Below are positions 44,166-58,800 of a DNA stretch of 64,000 nt, piece by piece. The stretch is from NCBI GenBank assembly GCA_000934665.2, contig JYFJ02001930.1, positions 1-64,000 on the forward strand, read 5' to 3'. The notes under the pieces are model-generated. The model ran no database searches. It was not told where the DNA came from and saw nothing but the letters and a program-made list of their open reading frames with translations. The stretch's first letter is position 1. Each line of letters begins with the position of its first letter. A program made the position numbers and the translations under genes. Source of the DNA: Catajapyx aquilonaris. Its lineage: Eukaryota.

Positions 44166-44878
44166 TAAGGGCAATTCAAATGAGAACAATCCAGTGTCAT
44201 AGCAAATTCCCAACGTGGCATCTTCTACACAAAACAAAGGTGGTACCGATGTAGTATTATGACACACTTGAGAGTTGGCCAGTCAATCACTTGACACAGT
44301 CACAGTGAGCCTTCATTCAGGAGCCCTCCTAAAAAAGACTGCCCAGTCAGATATGGATGCAATGAATGTTTAGCAGTGAGCGGTAATGAGTTTTTGAACC
44401 ACAGAAGGTGTCGGGTGTACAGAAATCCATTGCCATATCAGTATGGTGTACGTAAACTGTATGCTTTTGTCACTTGTTAAATCCTGGAGTAAGCAGTTTG
44501 CTTGCCCTGGCCTGGAATCACTGCTCAATGATGACTGCCCCTCTTGGAATCGCTTACGCCAGGCTCCAACATGTAACAAAGGCATAACAGTTTTCGTACA
44601 CAGTACACATGCGGGGATGGATTTCTGTACTCCTGACACCTTCCATGGTTCAAAAACTGATTGCCGCTCACTGCTAAACATCACTGCTTCCATATCTGAG
44701 GGGTCCTGAACATGGGCACATGATGTGACTGTGTAGAGTGAACAAATGGCCAACTGTCAGTGTGCCACACAATACTACATCAGTATTACACCACCTTCGT
44801 TTTGTGTAGAAGATGCCACAAGAAAATCATTCGGCAATTGGCTACGACCCTGGATTGTTTTCATTTGAATCACCCTTA
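44166..44878 (-). mobile_element. mariner-derived deletion element with extended inverted ends
   Basis: TA|TAAGGGCAATTCAAATGA ... TCATTTGAATCACCCTTA|TA; ~115-bp IR; interior encodes mariner HTH-like WRKRFQEGQSSLSSDSRPGQ on the minus strand. Confidence 0.8.
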
Positions 44879-47800
44879 TACATCATTTCATTGCATAGTT
44901 TGGAATAATGCAGCACTAAAGTTACATTATCACTGACACCAGGGAGAAACCATATAGAAATATGACATCTATGATTCTGCCTCATATGAGGATCAGACAA
45001 TCAGATCTTGTAATTTTTTGTCTGACTATCTGACTCCTCACACATAACCATTAATATCACATTCTATTCCTTCACAATTTGCAAAGGGGATTTTTCCATG
45101 AGCACTGCTTGATTGACATTCAAATTAAGAAGCAGACACCAGGAGCCAGCAAGTAACGAAATTTGATGCTAGACTTGGCTGGAACCTCCAAGTTGCATGC
45201 GCTGCCTTTAATGCGCATACAACTTGCAGGCTACTCTATGTAATTACACCGACACTGTCAAATAGCCATTGAGTCGCCTTTTCCCAAGGTCAGGTCTACT
45301 GAACTACTGCCCACGCCTTAACCCTTCAGAAAGAACCCATTTATCAAACCAAATCCCAGCAATTATTCTTGGCTTTTATACCTTTCAACTTGTGTGCCCC
45401 TACCATTTTCCTCCGACCCAATTCCTGAGGCGATTGGTGAAGACTTGGGCGAAGGACCTCAGCCATTTCTTTAATATTCTACACCCCCCACCAACCCCCC
45501 TCTCACCCTCCTTCACTCTCAGAGTCTCAGACGCGAAAGCAACTTAAAATAGTTTGCAATCTTGGCAGGGTTGGCTTTGGTGCTTCTAATGACCTTCGCA
45601 AAACACTCGAATCCCCACGCAGTTATTACGTCCCTCGACAGTCAGTTGCCAATACATACTTAAATGCTCCGAAGAAAACAACCCAGCCTCTTTCGAACAC
45701 ACCGAAACTGGACCATCTTCCGCCAGATCAACACACACGTGCACCTATCTAGTTGGGCGATGGCCAATTTCTGGCACGCGTCCGCAGAAAGAAGAATGCG
45801 CAAGAAACTGTTCGAATCACCATAACCCCATCTGTCACTGTCAAAAAAATCAGACTTTTTTACATGTTCCAGAGATTTTTCACTGTCTGCGACGACCGAC
45901 TATAGATGGCAACCCTGTATACCCTCGACAGCTCAGACCCTTGGCTGCGATGCTCCCATAGATTCGCAATTGAGAGCACGCTCCACTTAATTAGGCGTCA
46001 GGGTAACGTCCTGATTGAACGTGGTTCATACGGAAGAGCAGAGGTTTCGTTTTTTAAAAAAATGCAAACGCTGACAGTGGGTTCACACGGGCGTCGTTAG
46101 GATGTTGGGACAGACAACGACGAGCCCCTCCTCAGCACCTGTACCTGCCGCGATCAGTGCCGAAACCGCCGGTCTCGCGGGACCTTTCTGGCTGATCGTC
46201 ACCGGCATCCTGGCACGCAATTCCCATGGCGACAAAACCGAGTGCAATGAAATCCCGTGATGCACCGGAGAAAGCGCATCGGTCGATGGGTGTATAAGCA
46301 GCGTCGTGGCTGCATGCAACACCCCCTACCAGTACGCCGCGCCGGTCCGGAACTATGCCGCTCTCTATATCGTCGCTGTCTGCGCCCATGCATCACGCGC
46401 GAATACTGTTCCTTTCAGCACATGCAGTCATGCGATGGTATGGCTCAGAGGAAGTGTAACCATATTTCCCCAGCGTTGCATCTCTGGCCAGTACAGTGCA
46501 TTCCCGGTCGTATGAGTCACGTTCTGAGAAATTCGCGCGCGGGAAAGCCTTGTTACACTCAAATCTCGTCATATTGGATCCACTTGATCCTAATAGTGGC
46601 GGTGGTGTCACATGTTCCAATAATCATGTTGTGCCTGCAGCTACAGGGTTTCCCTAACAGGATAATAATGTTTCATGACCGATGGCACTGGTTGGAGTTT
46701 ATGGTGCATGGTGCATTCAACGCTGATCCAAAATGCCAGACTGTGATCAAGTGAACAGGGCCTACTGGAAAATAAATGTCTTGCTCCTTGTGGGTAATAT
46801 CATGTAATGAGTTTGCTGATATGGGTTCCACAATGGTATGGATACTGCTTATCAGCTGATAGGTTCTATCCTGGTTCTACCGAGACAGAAGTGTGGGATC
46901 CACAATGTGTCACACAAGACGGCTATTGTTGAAAATGGCTCGTATTAATGTAATTGGTGATATGAAAATAAACCAACCATCGAAAATATTCACAGTAACA
47001 GTAGGGAATCATAACGCCACTTTTAGTACCACACATTATACTATTTAGTGCCTTGTAAATGGTGGTAATGGAAATATGTCACACATGACAGACATCGTGG
47101 GAGTATGGGAAGCATTGACACAAGCTAGTATACAAGTCATTGATTCAACTTGGCCACAATCTGTCAATCAACCACAGAATTAAACAATAATTTAGAACTC
47201 TCTGCATTATGCAAGAAGTCCAATATTATTATCCTACAGACACCCCCTGTCGTGTAATGACTGACAAGGTGAATCCTTCACCACGCTACATCATCGTGCA
47301 GATGCAGCTATTGCTCAAATGGCACTTTTTTTATCGACAAGAGTGCTGAGGCTCAGTAATAATTTGCCAGTGCATTCTAATAATCCATTCCTTGGTAACA
47401 AGACTCTCTTGTTACCAAGGCATGGATTACAGTGTCATAAATTGTTACAGTATCTATGCGGGTCTACTGCAGCGACATGACCGTGTCGCCTTAAAGGTGC
47501 TGTGCTTTAATGCACATGCTAACAGCAGCCATTCCATATTCACAAGCGCAATTCACAACGAACTGGCGGGGCTGCAAATTAATGCACGAATGGGCTACCA
47601 CGTACCAACCGCCTCCTCTTGCATTACAAGTCATGGTTTGCTTCGATGTGTCCATCACTATCATTGTAGGCTATTGTGGCGCATTTCTAAAGACGGCTTT
47701 GACGTGGCTACCGTCGGATTGCATTACTATTACCTCATTTAAAAATATAATGGTGGTATCTTGTTACTTACAGTACATTGGTAACTGCTCGTTACACCTT

Positions 47801-49228
47801 TGGTTTGATAATGCCTAACTGATACGCAAGTTGCCCCCATTGACAGAATATGCCTGCATCATAGCTATTGTTTTCACAAGATATCAAACATGTCTCCTAC
47901 CTGCCCGTACCATTATACACGACCACTCAATTAGACGCACAATAATGCTACTGGCACATGACTCAATGTGCCTCACAAGGAAGCCGAGAATATCTTTCTA
48001 TGTCGCATTCATATTTTCACTCCCCAGTCTCAGCAGTCTGAGTGACACTGCTTGAATATATTAATATAAATAGTACTGTTACTGGCATGAAGCGAACAAC
48101 AACACTTGCTTTCAGTCAGCCAAAAGGCATCCCAAGTCCCATTCTCTAACCACCGCAACCGTTTGCATTTATCCCTCCTACCACAACTGCCCTCCCTCAG
48201 AAAAATTCTGCGAAGACGTACATGCAGCGCTACATGCAACGGCTAAAAGCTCTGAACACAAAAACTCATCTACCATGCTCTACCCAACACGTACCGGGTG
48301 TCCCAAAATTTCAACCTAACGCAACCACGACATGCGTCTCACACCGGAAACATTCAACAAATCACCATGACACCGCCAATCTGCACAGTCCTCCACCGCA
48401 CTGCACTACACCATCAACACCGTACCAGTACCTAAGGCACACAGCTCTTGACCGGTGCAAAGGCCACCCCTAAGGGTGTTCAATACAATACCAGTTCCCT
48501 CTCTCCACTCTTGTTCCACACTGGGGGTGCACAGTGCAGTTGCCAGCCGCCCCACCCAGCACCCCACCCACCGCCCCCTGCACACACACACACACACACT
48601 ACACCCCACCCCAAAGTTGATCAATACCATTCAGCAGGCATAGGCCCCTCTCTCGCCGGATCCTAACCTGTCAAACTCCAAGCCCTATGCTTCAAGGACT
48701 GGTCCTTTTTCTTGCACATTTTTAGGGTGCGAAGGGCACCCTCAGCAGCGCCACCTGGATCTAATTCGTTGGACTACCTGGAGGTTGATGCAGGTGGACC
48801 AGGTCTGGGTTGTAAGCTACAGAGATGATTTTGTGTGCTGCTTTATGGCATTATTATAATCGGATCGAGCTATCGAACCGGCCGCATCGGTATCCGACCG
48901 GATCTTGTGTTCAGAATTGGATATCCGAGCGGGATTTCGATCCAGGGGGGGAGCTTGCAGATATTTGCCCCCCGGATTATACGGGCAACAAGCAATGCTC
49001 GCGTGCTGTTCTGCTTACATTTTTCCAGGGCTTTTGGTAATTGCCGGCTACGGTTAATTGGCAAGCGCGAATAGGTAGCGGCTGTACGAGTGGAACACGT
49101 GTAGGGCGAATCTATACGGAAGTGTGGGGCGGTACTTACAGCTATGGCCAATCACGAAGTTGCAAGTTGCTGCGCGATAATTACAATTTTCGTCTATAAA
49201 TCCTATTAATACTTCTTACAGTAGCCTA

Positions 49229-49672
49229 TGTTCCAAGCAGGTCCTGTTACTTATCACAAATTTTGTTGTTAATTTTACGTACCTTTTTGCGAGGTGCCCA
49301 GCAATTACATTGCACCTGGGAATAATTGGGCACATCCATTTGGAGCGTACACAAAGGGTGGAATTTTCGTCCCACTGCTATAGATCGGTCGCTATACGAA
49401 AGCAACCGAGTGGCCAATTTTATTACAGGAAAGAATACAGTTTGTAATAAAATCCATGCAATAAAATTGGCCACTCGGTTGCGTTCGTATAGCGACCGCC
49501 GACCGATCTATAGTTACCGGTACTGCTAACTACCATTGCCAAAATGCCAACACTGGTACTGCTAAGTTAGCAGTGGTTAGCAGTAGCTACCAGTGGGACG
49601 AAAATTCCAGCCAATATAGTAACAAGTTGGGGCGAAATTTGTGATAACTAATAGAACCGGATACTTGGAACA
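49229..49672. mobile_element. Three nested inverted-repeat elements
   Basis: Outer TGTTCCAAG...TTATCACAAATTT / AAATTTGTGATAA...CTTGGAACA; middle 49356-49612 GGGTGGAATTTTCGTCCCACTG / CAGTGGGACGAAAATTCCAGCC; inner ~49378-49513 CTATAGATCGGTCG...CGACCGATCTATAG. Confidence 0.78.
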
Positions 49673-52600
49673 CACTTGGAACGCCTTCATGGTTGGTCGT
49701 ATAGTGGTTAACGTTTCCTATCCAAAGTAGATGCACCGTAGTAGGCCTATAACGTAAATGATACATGTCCTGGTTGATACCAGTGGTATGCCTGCTTCTT
49801 GTAAGATAAAGCTGCGGTTAAAAAATACAGACTCTTTATAGCTGTAAGAAGGAAATGGTATTATGAGTCATACGACTATTACGTAACATGCAGCTGTAGA
49901 CGTTTGTGTATCTCTGTTTAGCAGATGTGCATCTACAGTTCTGCATAACAAAATATATTATTCGCTTATTGCGTGCCTTACGATGAATTTCTCCCTAACC
50001 CAAAAGACGAATTCATTATTCAACAGAGAGAGGGGAGGGTCTCCCAGAATTTTAAGCCGCAATGAAGTTTATTAGGTTATGGCCCAGAGCCAACAGCACA
50101 CCAAAAACCTCGTCATCACTTAGCCAAAAATCTGCTGATCACATTCGCAAACATTCGCCATGAAAAACGCCACAAAACACCAATTAACATATCCCCCATG
50201 AAAGGCTCTGACGCATATATATTTTTAGACACACTCCGCATAACGTGCATTATTTTTCTCTTCATGCGCACATGCTGCAGGTACATACTACCTCTCGTCA
50301 ATAATCCCGGAGTATACACCGTGCCCTTGATTTCCAGGAATGTTATTATAATCACAGTTCCACTCACGCGATTGAATGCGCTCCGGAGACAGGTCAGACG
50401 AAGATATTTCCGGTTATTTCTCATCGAATTGCATCGTGTGACATGTCCCCTTTTTTTTCTTTTATATCCCGCCTTTGCACATTTCCCGCCCATCTCAAAG
50501 CGCGCCAAAGCGCAGCTCCCGATGCCAATGCAGGCGCGCTGCGGAAGTCAATGCGGTCTACTTTAACCCACAAACCCACGCCAGCTCTTAGAATGCCATG
50601 GGACATGCAAAATTAGATATTAGGTATTGAACTGGTGGATTACATGTAGACATGCATCGGCGGAGAGACAAATGTCCGCCTGATGGTAACCTCCGAATGG
50701 GGGGGAGTTCCCGCCTGATTTTAAAGGCGGAAATTCCGGATGGTCTGACGTAAGGGGGATGCCGATGTAGGGTGAAATCGGAACCGACAAGGAAGCCAAG
50801 CTCTAATGTTGACGCTGGATGTAAGGGGGTTTCCACGCCTTTACTGGGGAAATTGGCTGGAGAGAAATGGGAGTCATTCTCAGCACCATTTTGCACTACT
50901 ATAGATGGAAAAGTCCAGACACTTTATTTTCATCCAGTCGTTTCCAGTTGGTTATTACATTATGTTGACAGTGATCTATGATTTCTTGGTAGTGGGAATG
51001 GAATCTGCACAAATGGAATTTTTCCCCCTCCCATATCATACAACAAAAATGCATGGACAGGAATGCCCTCGAGGGTGGTGAGGATTGTGAATGGAAGGAG
51101 AAAGCAGACTGTAATTATGGCGATATCAATGGTTTCATTGGCTAACAACACCGGATCTTTCTAGTATCTTTGTGCCCTTGAATAAAATCCTGACATCAAC
51201 TTGAATTGAAGATGCAGGCTATGAAAGGAATTAAAAACTAGAAAGGGGGAAAAAAACATTCATGCACACTGATAAGTGCGGTATTTTCAAACGGAAAAGT
51301 GCTATAATTTTTCAGTTTTGTGTTTTTATAAACTTAGGGTTAGAGAGTGGGGGGAGGGGGGGGGGTGGAACGGATAGTTTATAGTTTTATTTTTACAAGT
51401 TTTAATTTCGTTCATATGTGGGGTTAACTGGCGTCTCCTTTCATCGCTGACTACACCCCATATAGGGAAATGTCGTGATGGTGTTGTTGTTGTTTGTTGT
51501 TATAAACTTAAGATGTGGAATTGGAGTTTAGTTTGTTTAATAATAATTCACCATTTGACCCAAATAAACCAGTGTGGAATTCAGCTTTGCCGTCCCTGTA
51601 CATCGTTTCCAACTTGAGCGCCTCTGGTAGTCAAGTGGAAAGCACACTTTTTTGTCCTCTAATCTTCCTTTCCATCAATTTGTTGGTGACAGCTGTATGC
51701 TATAGTGCTCACCCCCGCATCCAAAAGTTTGCACTCCACGAGGGCACAGCATCCATTTGGCCTTCCTGTTTCAACACATCCGGACCCATGCAATATCACC
51801 CATCAAGAGTTCCCTTTCGCGATTCACGTGATTGATCATCACCATGTTCCTCTCTGAAAAATATTCGCCTCCGACACCCATATGACCTTCCTCATGACGT
51901 CGAGCTACCTCTCACGCCAAACCGTCTGCTTCTTCCGTCGTAATGACTATTTCGCATGTACTCTCACATGCTGACGTAAACATTACGCCACGTACCCGGT
52001 ATAGATAATTCCCGGAGCTGCTTCCTCCTCGTTGCCATTATCAGCCTCGACCACAAAACCCAGTCTTTGTTATCGGTAACCGATTGCCCCAGCTCGTCAC
52101 CATGGTGGAAAACGGGGCAATATATATATAAAAAAGGAGAGAAACATTGGTGAAAAGAAACCTAAAGCAATACAGAATGGAAACCGATCAAGGTGAAGAG
52201 CAACCTTTCATGGCGTCGCAAAAACGAGCGCCGCATGTGGTTCAATTCGAATCGATAGAGGCGGCGAGGCACGAAGCGACTATTAGCGTACTATTTTAGC
52301 AAAATAGACTGTTGGAGCTCACGGAAACAGTTCCGCCGGTGCCCTTCACGCGTTGGAAAGGGCAGCTCATTTAGTGCCCATCGTCCTAATGGTTATAATA
52401 GAGATGATTGGTCCCCCCAAAAAAATATTTGAGAGGGTCTCCAGGGTCTTGGACTTATCGAGCTTTATCTTAAAGGGGCCCATTCCTTACACGGGGTATG
52501 CGGTATATCTGGGCTTTTAAATAATGCTTGGCATGCATATGCTGATTCATATAGCAAGGAGTGTAATACTATTCATTTTTGTAGGATAAGTGCAGATTTC

Positions 52601-52701
52601 TCTTGTCCCAAACCTGTGATACCAGATTCGAAACGAGGTTGCTTAATTATACGGGGTGGTGCCCTGCCCAATGTCCATAATGCTCAGGTTCTGAATTCAA
52701 T

Positions 52702-52871
52702 ATGGGGGAAGGGGAAGTTATCCTAGTTGACAGAGAAGCAATTTGTTGGAAACAACAATCAGGGATTCCCCTGCGTTTCTTCAAACTGGTCACTAGAATA
52801 AACAATCAGGGATTCCCCTGCTTTTCTTCAAACTGGTCACTAGAATAAACCGAATCTTCCCCTTCTCCCAT
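52702..52871. repeat. Short inverted-repeat element containing a 47-bp tandem duplication
   Basis: ATGGGGGAAGGGGAAG / CTTCCCCTTCTCCCAT ends; AACAATCAGGGATTCCCCTGC(G/T)TTTCTTCAAACTGGTCACTAGAATA twice (52754, 52801). Confidence 0.75.
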
Positions 52872-55800
52872 CTTGCTTAAACTAAGGCGTTGGTCATTGC
52901 ACAACCCTATAATTATTTGCTCATTATAAAGTCCAGTTTTTCCCCCTCCTATAGTAGCATAAGACTATAGATCAGACTGACGTATTAATCATATCAGTGA
53001 TTTGGGCAGAGAGATAGTACTTCTGAACGTGCACGATTGCCTTTCATAAAATTAGTGCCTGCGTTGGCTCTGAGGTCGCGGCGTGATGAATGAAAACTAA
53101 TGACTTGGAAATTGATTAATTGGTCCTAGTAAACTTCCTACTGCTGATGAATGATCCTTCCAATAACCCGTGAAGTGCGAGGGAATTCAAGCATTCTTCC
53201 TAATTATTTTTCCGTGTTGACTTCAATACAGGGGTAAAAATTCAGAGTTGACATAATTTACGTGACTTCATGTAAAGCGCCATAGTGTGAGTGCATGAAA
53301 AGCACTATTTATACTGTAATACCTTGGATACCACTGTATCCTAGCGCAGTATAACAAGTGGCTTGCAACCTTGACACGGTTTCTCAATACCTTCATTCCG
53401 CAAGTCACGCTCTGATGAATTGAAATGAAACCCTCGTTACATGATGCCATATTTATTAATGTAATTGATATGCCTAGAGGTGTGTCTCATTACGGAGAAA
53501 AAAAATCAATAGATGTTAATATTTCACTCTTTTTAAATTTGAGCTGTGTGCTCAATCCGACTGGATCCCGAATTCCATCAGTATTATCCGTGTTACTGTA
53601 ATAATTACTGGAGATTTGTAAAATTGGCTATCCGCCGTTGACATCTCTCTCAAATCCTTTCAGTCGGAACAAATCCAATATCACACGAGCGGAATTAGCA
53701 ATTTTGTTTCTAATATGGCGGAGTCCACGCTTATGACAAAAGTAATCTTGCGCAAGCGTAAATTCACGTTTTGGCTTAGCAGTGTGTATTGCGCAGATAT
53801 AAAATTACTAGAGTACTGTGGCAAATCATATACACACAAAAAAAGAAAACATTTAGACCCACATTGTGTACATTATGCCTCGTCATGCTTCGCCACACAA
53901 ATAACTTTGACAAGAAATAGCCCAATTTGCAATCAGCAATGTCCTCGACAACAGACAGGGTCACTCGAACAAATGAACCATTATTTTAATGAACGTCAAT
54001 GTTTTTCTCTCTCGATATTTCAACTTGTGCCATTACTGACAGACTGTTTTCTTTTTTGTCCATATCGTCATACGTATTTCAAAATGGATTGAGCACAAGG
54101 ACTTTCCGAGTCATCACTATTGCAGTTGGAAGTGAAAGGTGCTTTTTGGCTCGTGGGATCGTTTATCGAAGAGATAATGAGAAAAAAAATATGCTGGATG
54201 CCAGTTATACGTACTCCACGTATACAAGTGCTTGTGAAACGCACATTCAGCCTTCGTCTTTTCCTCAATATCTCATCCTCTCAGCCAAGGTTGCTACGCA
54301 ATTGCACCTTGCATGCATACCCGTCTGGCGCTATTCAAACAAAAAGTTTAAATAATAACAATAATAACAATATAAATCGGTGTTACATGTACACGACGCA
54401 TGTTAAATTGACTAAATATACCAAAAAAAAGTTGACAAAAACTTTTGCAGCAAAGTTCACACCTTTCACTACGTTTTGGGAGAATGTTGCTGAAATTAGC
54501 TAGTGGCCTTGTACAGTCTGCTTCGTGGTTGTGCCGTACTTGAATCGTAAATATGGACAAAAAAATGTTAGGTAACGTTGTTACCACACTTTAAAAAAAT
54601 GCTTGACGTGTAGGTCAAGGATTATAGAACGGCATTTTGGTTCCACTCCTTAAATTTCAAAACAGTACGCTATCCTGCGTGAAATAAAAATAACCGTATA
54701 ACGATCCAGTTTCACTACGCAAACACAAACAAAGAGCAATCTGAGAAAGAGTACGACCCTGACCAAACTCAACTTAGTCTAATTCACTGCAATTTGAGCC
54801 CCCAGCCAGCCTGTGGCTGTAGTAATCAGAGCTGTCATTAGTAAAACTAGAGGAATTCATTAGCTTGGGAATTTCCTATTCTTGAATCATCGTGATGTGT
54901 GGTCGGAGAAAGAAAACATGCCACTTTCTTTAAGAAAAAGCGAAGCCTTGACCTTGCGTTTGTTTTTTTCCTAATCTAAATGGGGAAAATATGCAAACAC
55001 TCTTGCTTTCCAAGAGATTGCGAAATTGATTTATGCAAAATACTTGATGTTGCGATTTACGACCTATGATTCTGCCAATGCATATATATGCAATGGGCAG
55101 TAAGTTTATTCCATATTTCCAAACAGTTATACAGTATTTTTCTTTGTCATATATACAAGTAGCTCTACGTCCATGACGATGTCAAATATGTACATGTGAA
55201 AGTCCCGAAAAACTTACAAAAAACCAGCAGATTTACGTATCACATTGAACATAATTATAAAAGCTGTGGAATATTTACATATTAATTTTGGAAAGTCTAC
55301 TAATAGCATACGGTACATTTTATATTTTCTATCATAAGTCTAGCATTTTCTGAAGCAGCAATCGTTCGTCCCTGTGATCGAGTATCTTGTATTGAGTTCT
55401 AAGGAGGTCACAAATGCTTCCAATTTTATCGCATATGAATCCGGTTTAATCCCCTCTTGTTCTCAACAATTCATCCTTGCTCCGAATTTCGATACTGTAT
55501 ACATGCAATTACAGGGTATTTCAAAACAAAGCGGATTTCCACTCGCATATACATGCTATTGTTGTGGTCCTTGGGCAACTTTACCTTCCAGCACCCTGTA
55601 ATGCAACGAACATGACATCGCGTTGTATACTGTCTGGTATGAATTAGGACCTACTATTGTTTTAAAAAGAAGCAAATTAGAAGCACATAACTCTTCTACA
55701 TGTCTTGTATACACAGTACATTCCGACAATGGTATAGTAACCTTGTGACTCAAGTTGGGGTCACGCATCTGGCAAGTGTGCTTCTACGATCCATGTTGAT

Positions 55801-58800
55801 CCAAAGGCATGCATGCACCCAAGAGAACTGCGCCAAGTTCTCTACCACATCTGCCGGAGAAATATTGGGGACATTCCCTCACAAAATATGTCTCAGTGAA
55901 TATACACTTAGCTTTTCGACAAGATAAGCTTTTATTTTACACAGTAACCCCGCATTAACCTATAAAATTTAAAAAAAATTAATGTGAAGTGTCAGCGTGC
56001 AATAATCAAGTGATATGGATAGTTGCCAAAGCCAAAATTTGATAAGTGACTATAATCACAGGAACGTTACATACTCTAGATCAGTCACACAAATACTCAA
56101 CTACTGTATATTATTTTACTCAATTAAAAGTGCGCATAGAAAATTAATATCGTCATATCCTGAAAGTAATATTTAAAAACATTTTTTCCTTCCCTGATTG
56201 CAGAAGAACTGCTCTCATTGGCTTCAAACGTCCCATTAATACAGTACAGTACAATACATGAGGCGACGGCAAATGGTTTTTCTTGGCAAAGACTTGATTT
56301 ACAGATGACCGTGCACACAAGCCATACCAATATTCTTTGACCCTACCCTTTGAACCTGCACATCATTCCAGCCATTAAAAGACCATTTACCTTCATTTAT
56401 CAATGGACTTAGGCCAGCATTATTTCGCCTTTTATAAAATACCCTAGAGGTCGAATCGTCACGCATGATTCAAATTTGACATCCTTCGCATGCTGGTCTG
56501 CAATGCTGTCTAATCATCAATGGCATATATGACATTACAGTTTGGTGACAGAAGATACGGCCATTGAATCGATTCGCGCAACTTGAAACACTGTATATTA
56601 TGCTCAGTGTGACTCGGAATTATGCAGAGCCAAACAATGCCATGGCCTACCTCAATTCATAGAGAATCCTGCTATTCATTAGAGATTCATAGATTCATTA
56701 GAGTGAAATATATGGATACCTACACCTAGGCTGGCTGGTATGATGTGGGCTGGGGGCATGGTTGTGTCAGGAATTTCAGGGGAAAGAAAAGGTCACAGAT
56801 CAAAATGTATCATACAACTATGCTACGTATATAATAGATCACAATGAAATATCAGGTAAAGAGGTACTTTGTGAGGCAATCGATACTAATCGACACTGCT
56901 TTGATCCAGCAAGTAGGCATTGTTCTCTTCAGGATGGTCATTAGCTTGTGGTTGTTGAGAGCTGCACTAGCTTTATGTCGCAGTATGTACTTCGAGGTCA
57001 TGCTGTCAGTTGGATACTCCGTTTCAAAACGCCTGCTTCCGCAATTAAGATAAAACAGATGACCTGCCGCATGCGGTATGGCACTGGTGTACAGTATATC
57101 AATAACAGTGCATGAACGTTGGCCGCATTCTTAAGGTCTGAGTCCTACAAGTTTGTAAACATTCAGAGACGCTATTGTTCCAGTGGAGGAAGTGGGTCGA
57201 GCGTTATCTTATTCCTGTATTATGCAAAAGGGATGACTAATGTCTATAAGCGTCGGAGTACCTCACGATCCTTTTAGTAAACAAATGTTTAGCTTTTTCT
57301 ATAGATCGGGGCAAGATCGGAACGTCCTAAAAAATACAACCCCACGTGCAATATTTGGCCCAAAGTATCTAGCTGCTGCTACATTGTTCAATCGCTATAA
57401 TTACGGTATGAAACAGATCAGTCAAGTAATGACGTGACGCACGCAGAACAAAAGACGCGGCCTTTACTGCATTAACCGGTATTCAATATGGGATATATCT
57501 CAAAATTTTAATGATCAGAACCGCACACTATTATTTTGTGAAGGGGATAAGTTTACAGCACATCTTGGTTATCCTCATATTTTTGGCCCCTAAATTACCG
57601 GATAAAAATGTCAGTTTTTTTCATCATTCAGCTAAGTGTACGCGTACTGTACATACGGTACAAGTGAAAACGAGGATACTGAATTAGCGAATCATCCTTT
57701 CCCCATTTATCCTATGCTCGAATTGCATTTCGGCCCCGAAGGCACCCACTGCGCAGCATCACTATCCTTCTCTGTTGAGAGCCCCTGAAGCGGAAACCCC
57801 AGCCATCAAATTATTCTACCAAACGGACGACGACCCTCATCGCAACACGATTCACGCAAAAAGGATTGTAAAATGGGATTTTAGTACAAAAAAAAGGCTG
57901 AGGGCTTTTTTTATATACACAAGCAAATCTGATCGAATGTCATCCTTTCTTCAGGTGACAAAGCTATATACGTCGCCAGTTCCTTATATATTTTTGATGT
58001 GCTGATATCTTGATGTCAAAAACATGCAGTAGAATCATATTTTGGGCAAAAATCTGAACTGTTTTAGATCGAATGTAAACTCAGCATGAATCAGTTATTT
58101 TAAAACTTTCCTGGAACATTTGCACACCAAACCAAAAAGTAACTTGTAAATAACAGTGAGTCAGAGTTCAACAACAGTGTTCTGCGCATTCACCTCTTGA
58201 GACACCACTTCAATACTCTGTAGATGTATTATACAGTGCAATAACCTCAACCACAGATTCAGTTGTTTTTTTAATACAGGACTAAATGAATATTTTAAAA
58301 ATGAAAATGAAGGTTACCCCAGTCTTAGAAAAAACTTGCATGTGAAGGTCCCTCTGCATTCTGCTGGAAAAAAAAATCTACAAAATTTGACTTTCACCTG
58401 CTTTCACTTTTACAGGCTCAATTAGCGAAAATCTTGTTTGCGACGCAAGTGCTTCTAACGAGCTTCATACGCTGATTATTAGCAATAACCTCCGAAAATG
58501 GGCTTGCGGACTAGAGTTAATTGTTCCATCATTGTTGCATCAAATTAGATTCTATTTTAAGGCTTACAAAGGGCCCATCCATTTATTAATAATTTATAAA
58601 TAAACGGCAACAGAATAATGTAGAAAGATGCAGTAGATATCGAAACACGTGGACAGTTGGACACCATTGCAGACCACACAATGGATATCATATATAATGG
58701 ACTATGAATTTGTTTTCTCCTCGGATTCTAAAAATACTGTACTGTACTGTACATAGGCCTATATAACATTCGTAGATCACATGTTTCTGTGATGTTAATG

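Noticed and set aside
48743..48760. CTCF-like motif (TCCAGGTGGCGCTG on the minus strand)
   Set aside because: Single short match, a motif common inside TEs, with no supporting context
50400..53720. Candidate promoter or first exon for the RNF144-like gene (CpG patches near 50.5, 52.2 and 53.7 kb)
   Set aside because: Several weak alternatives and no way to choose without transcript data
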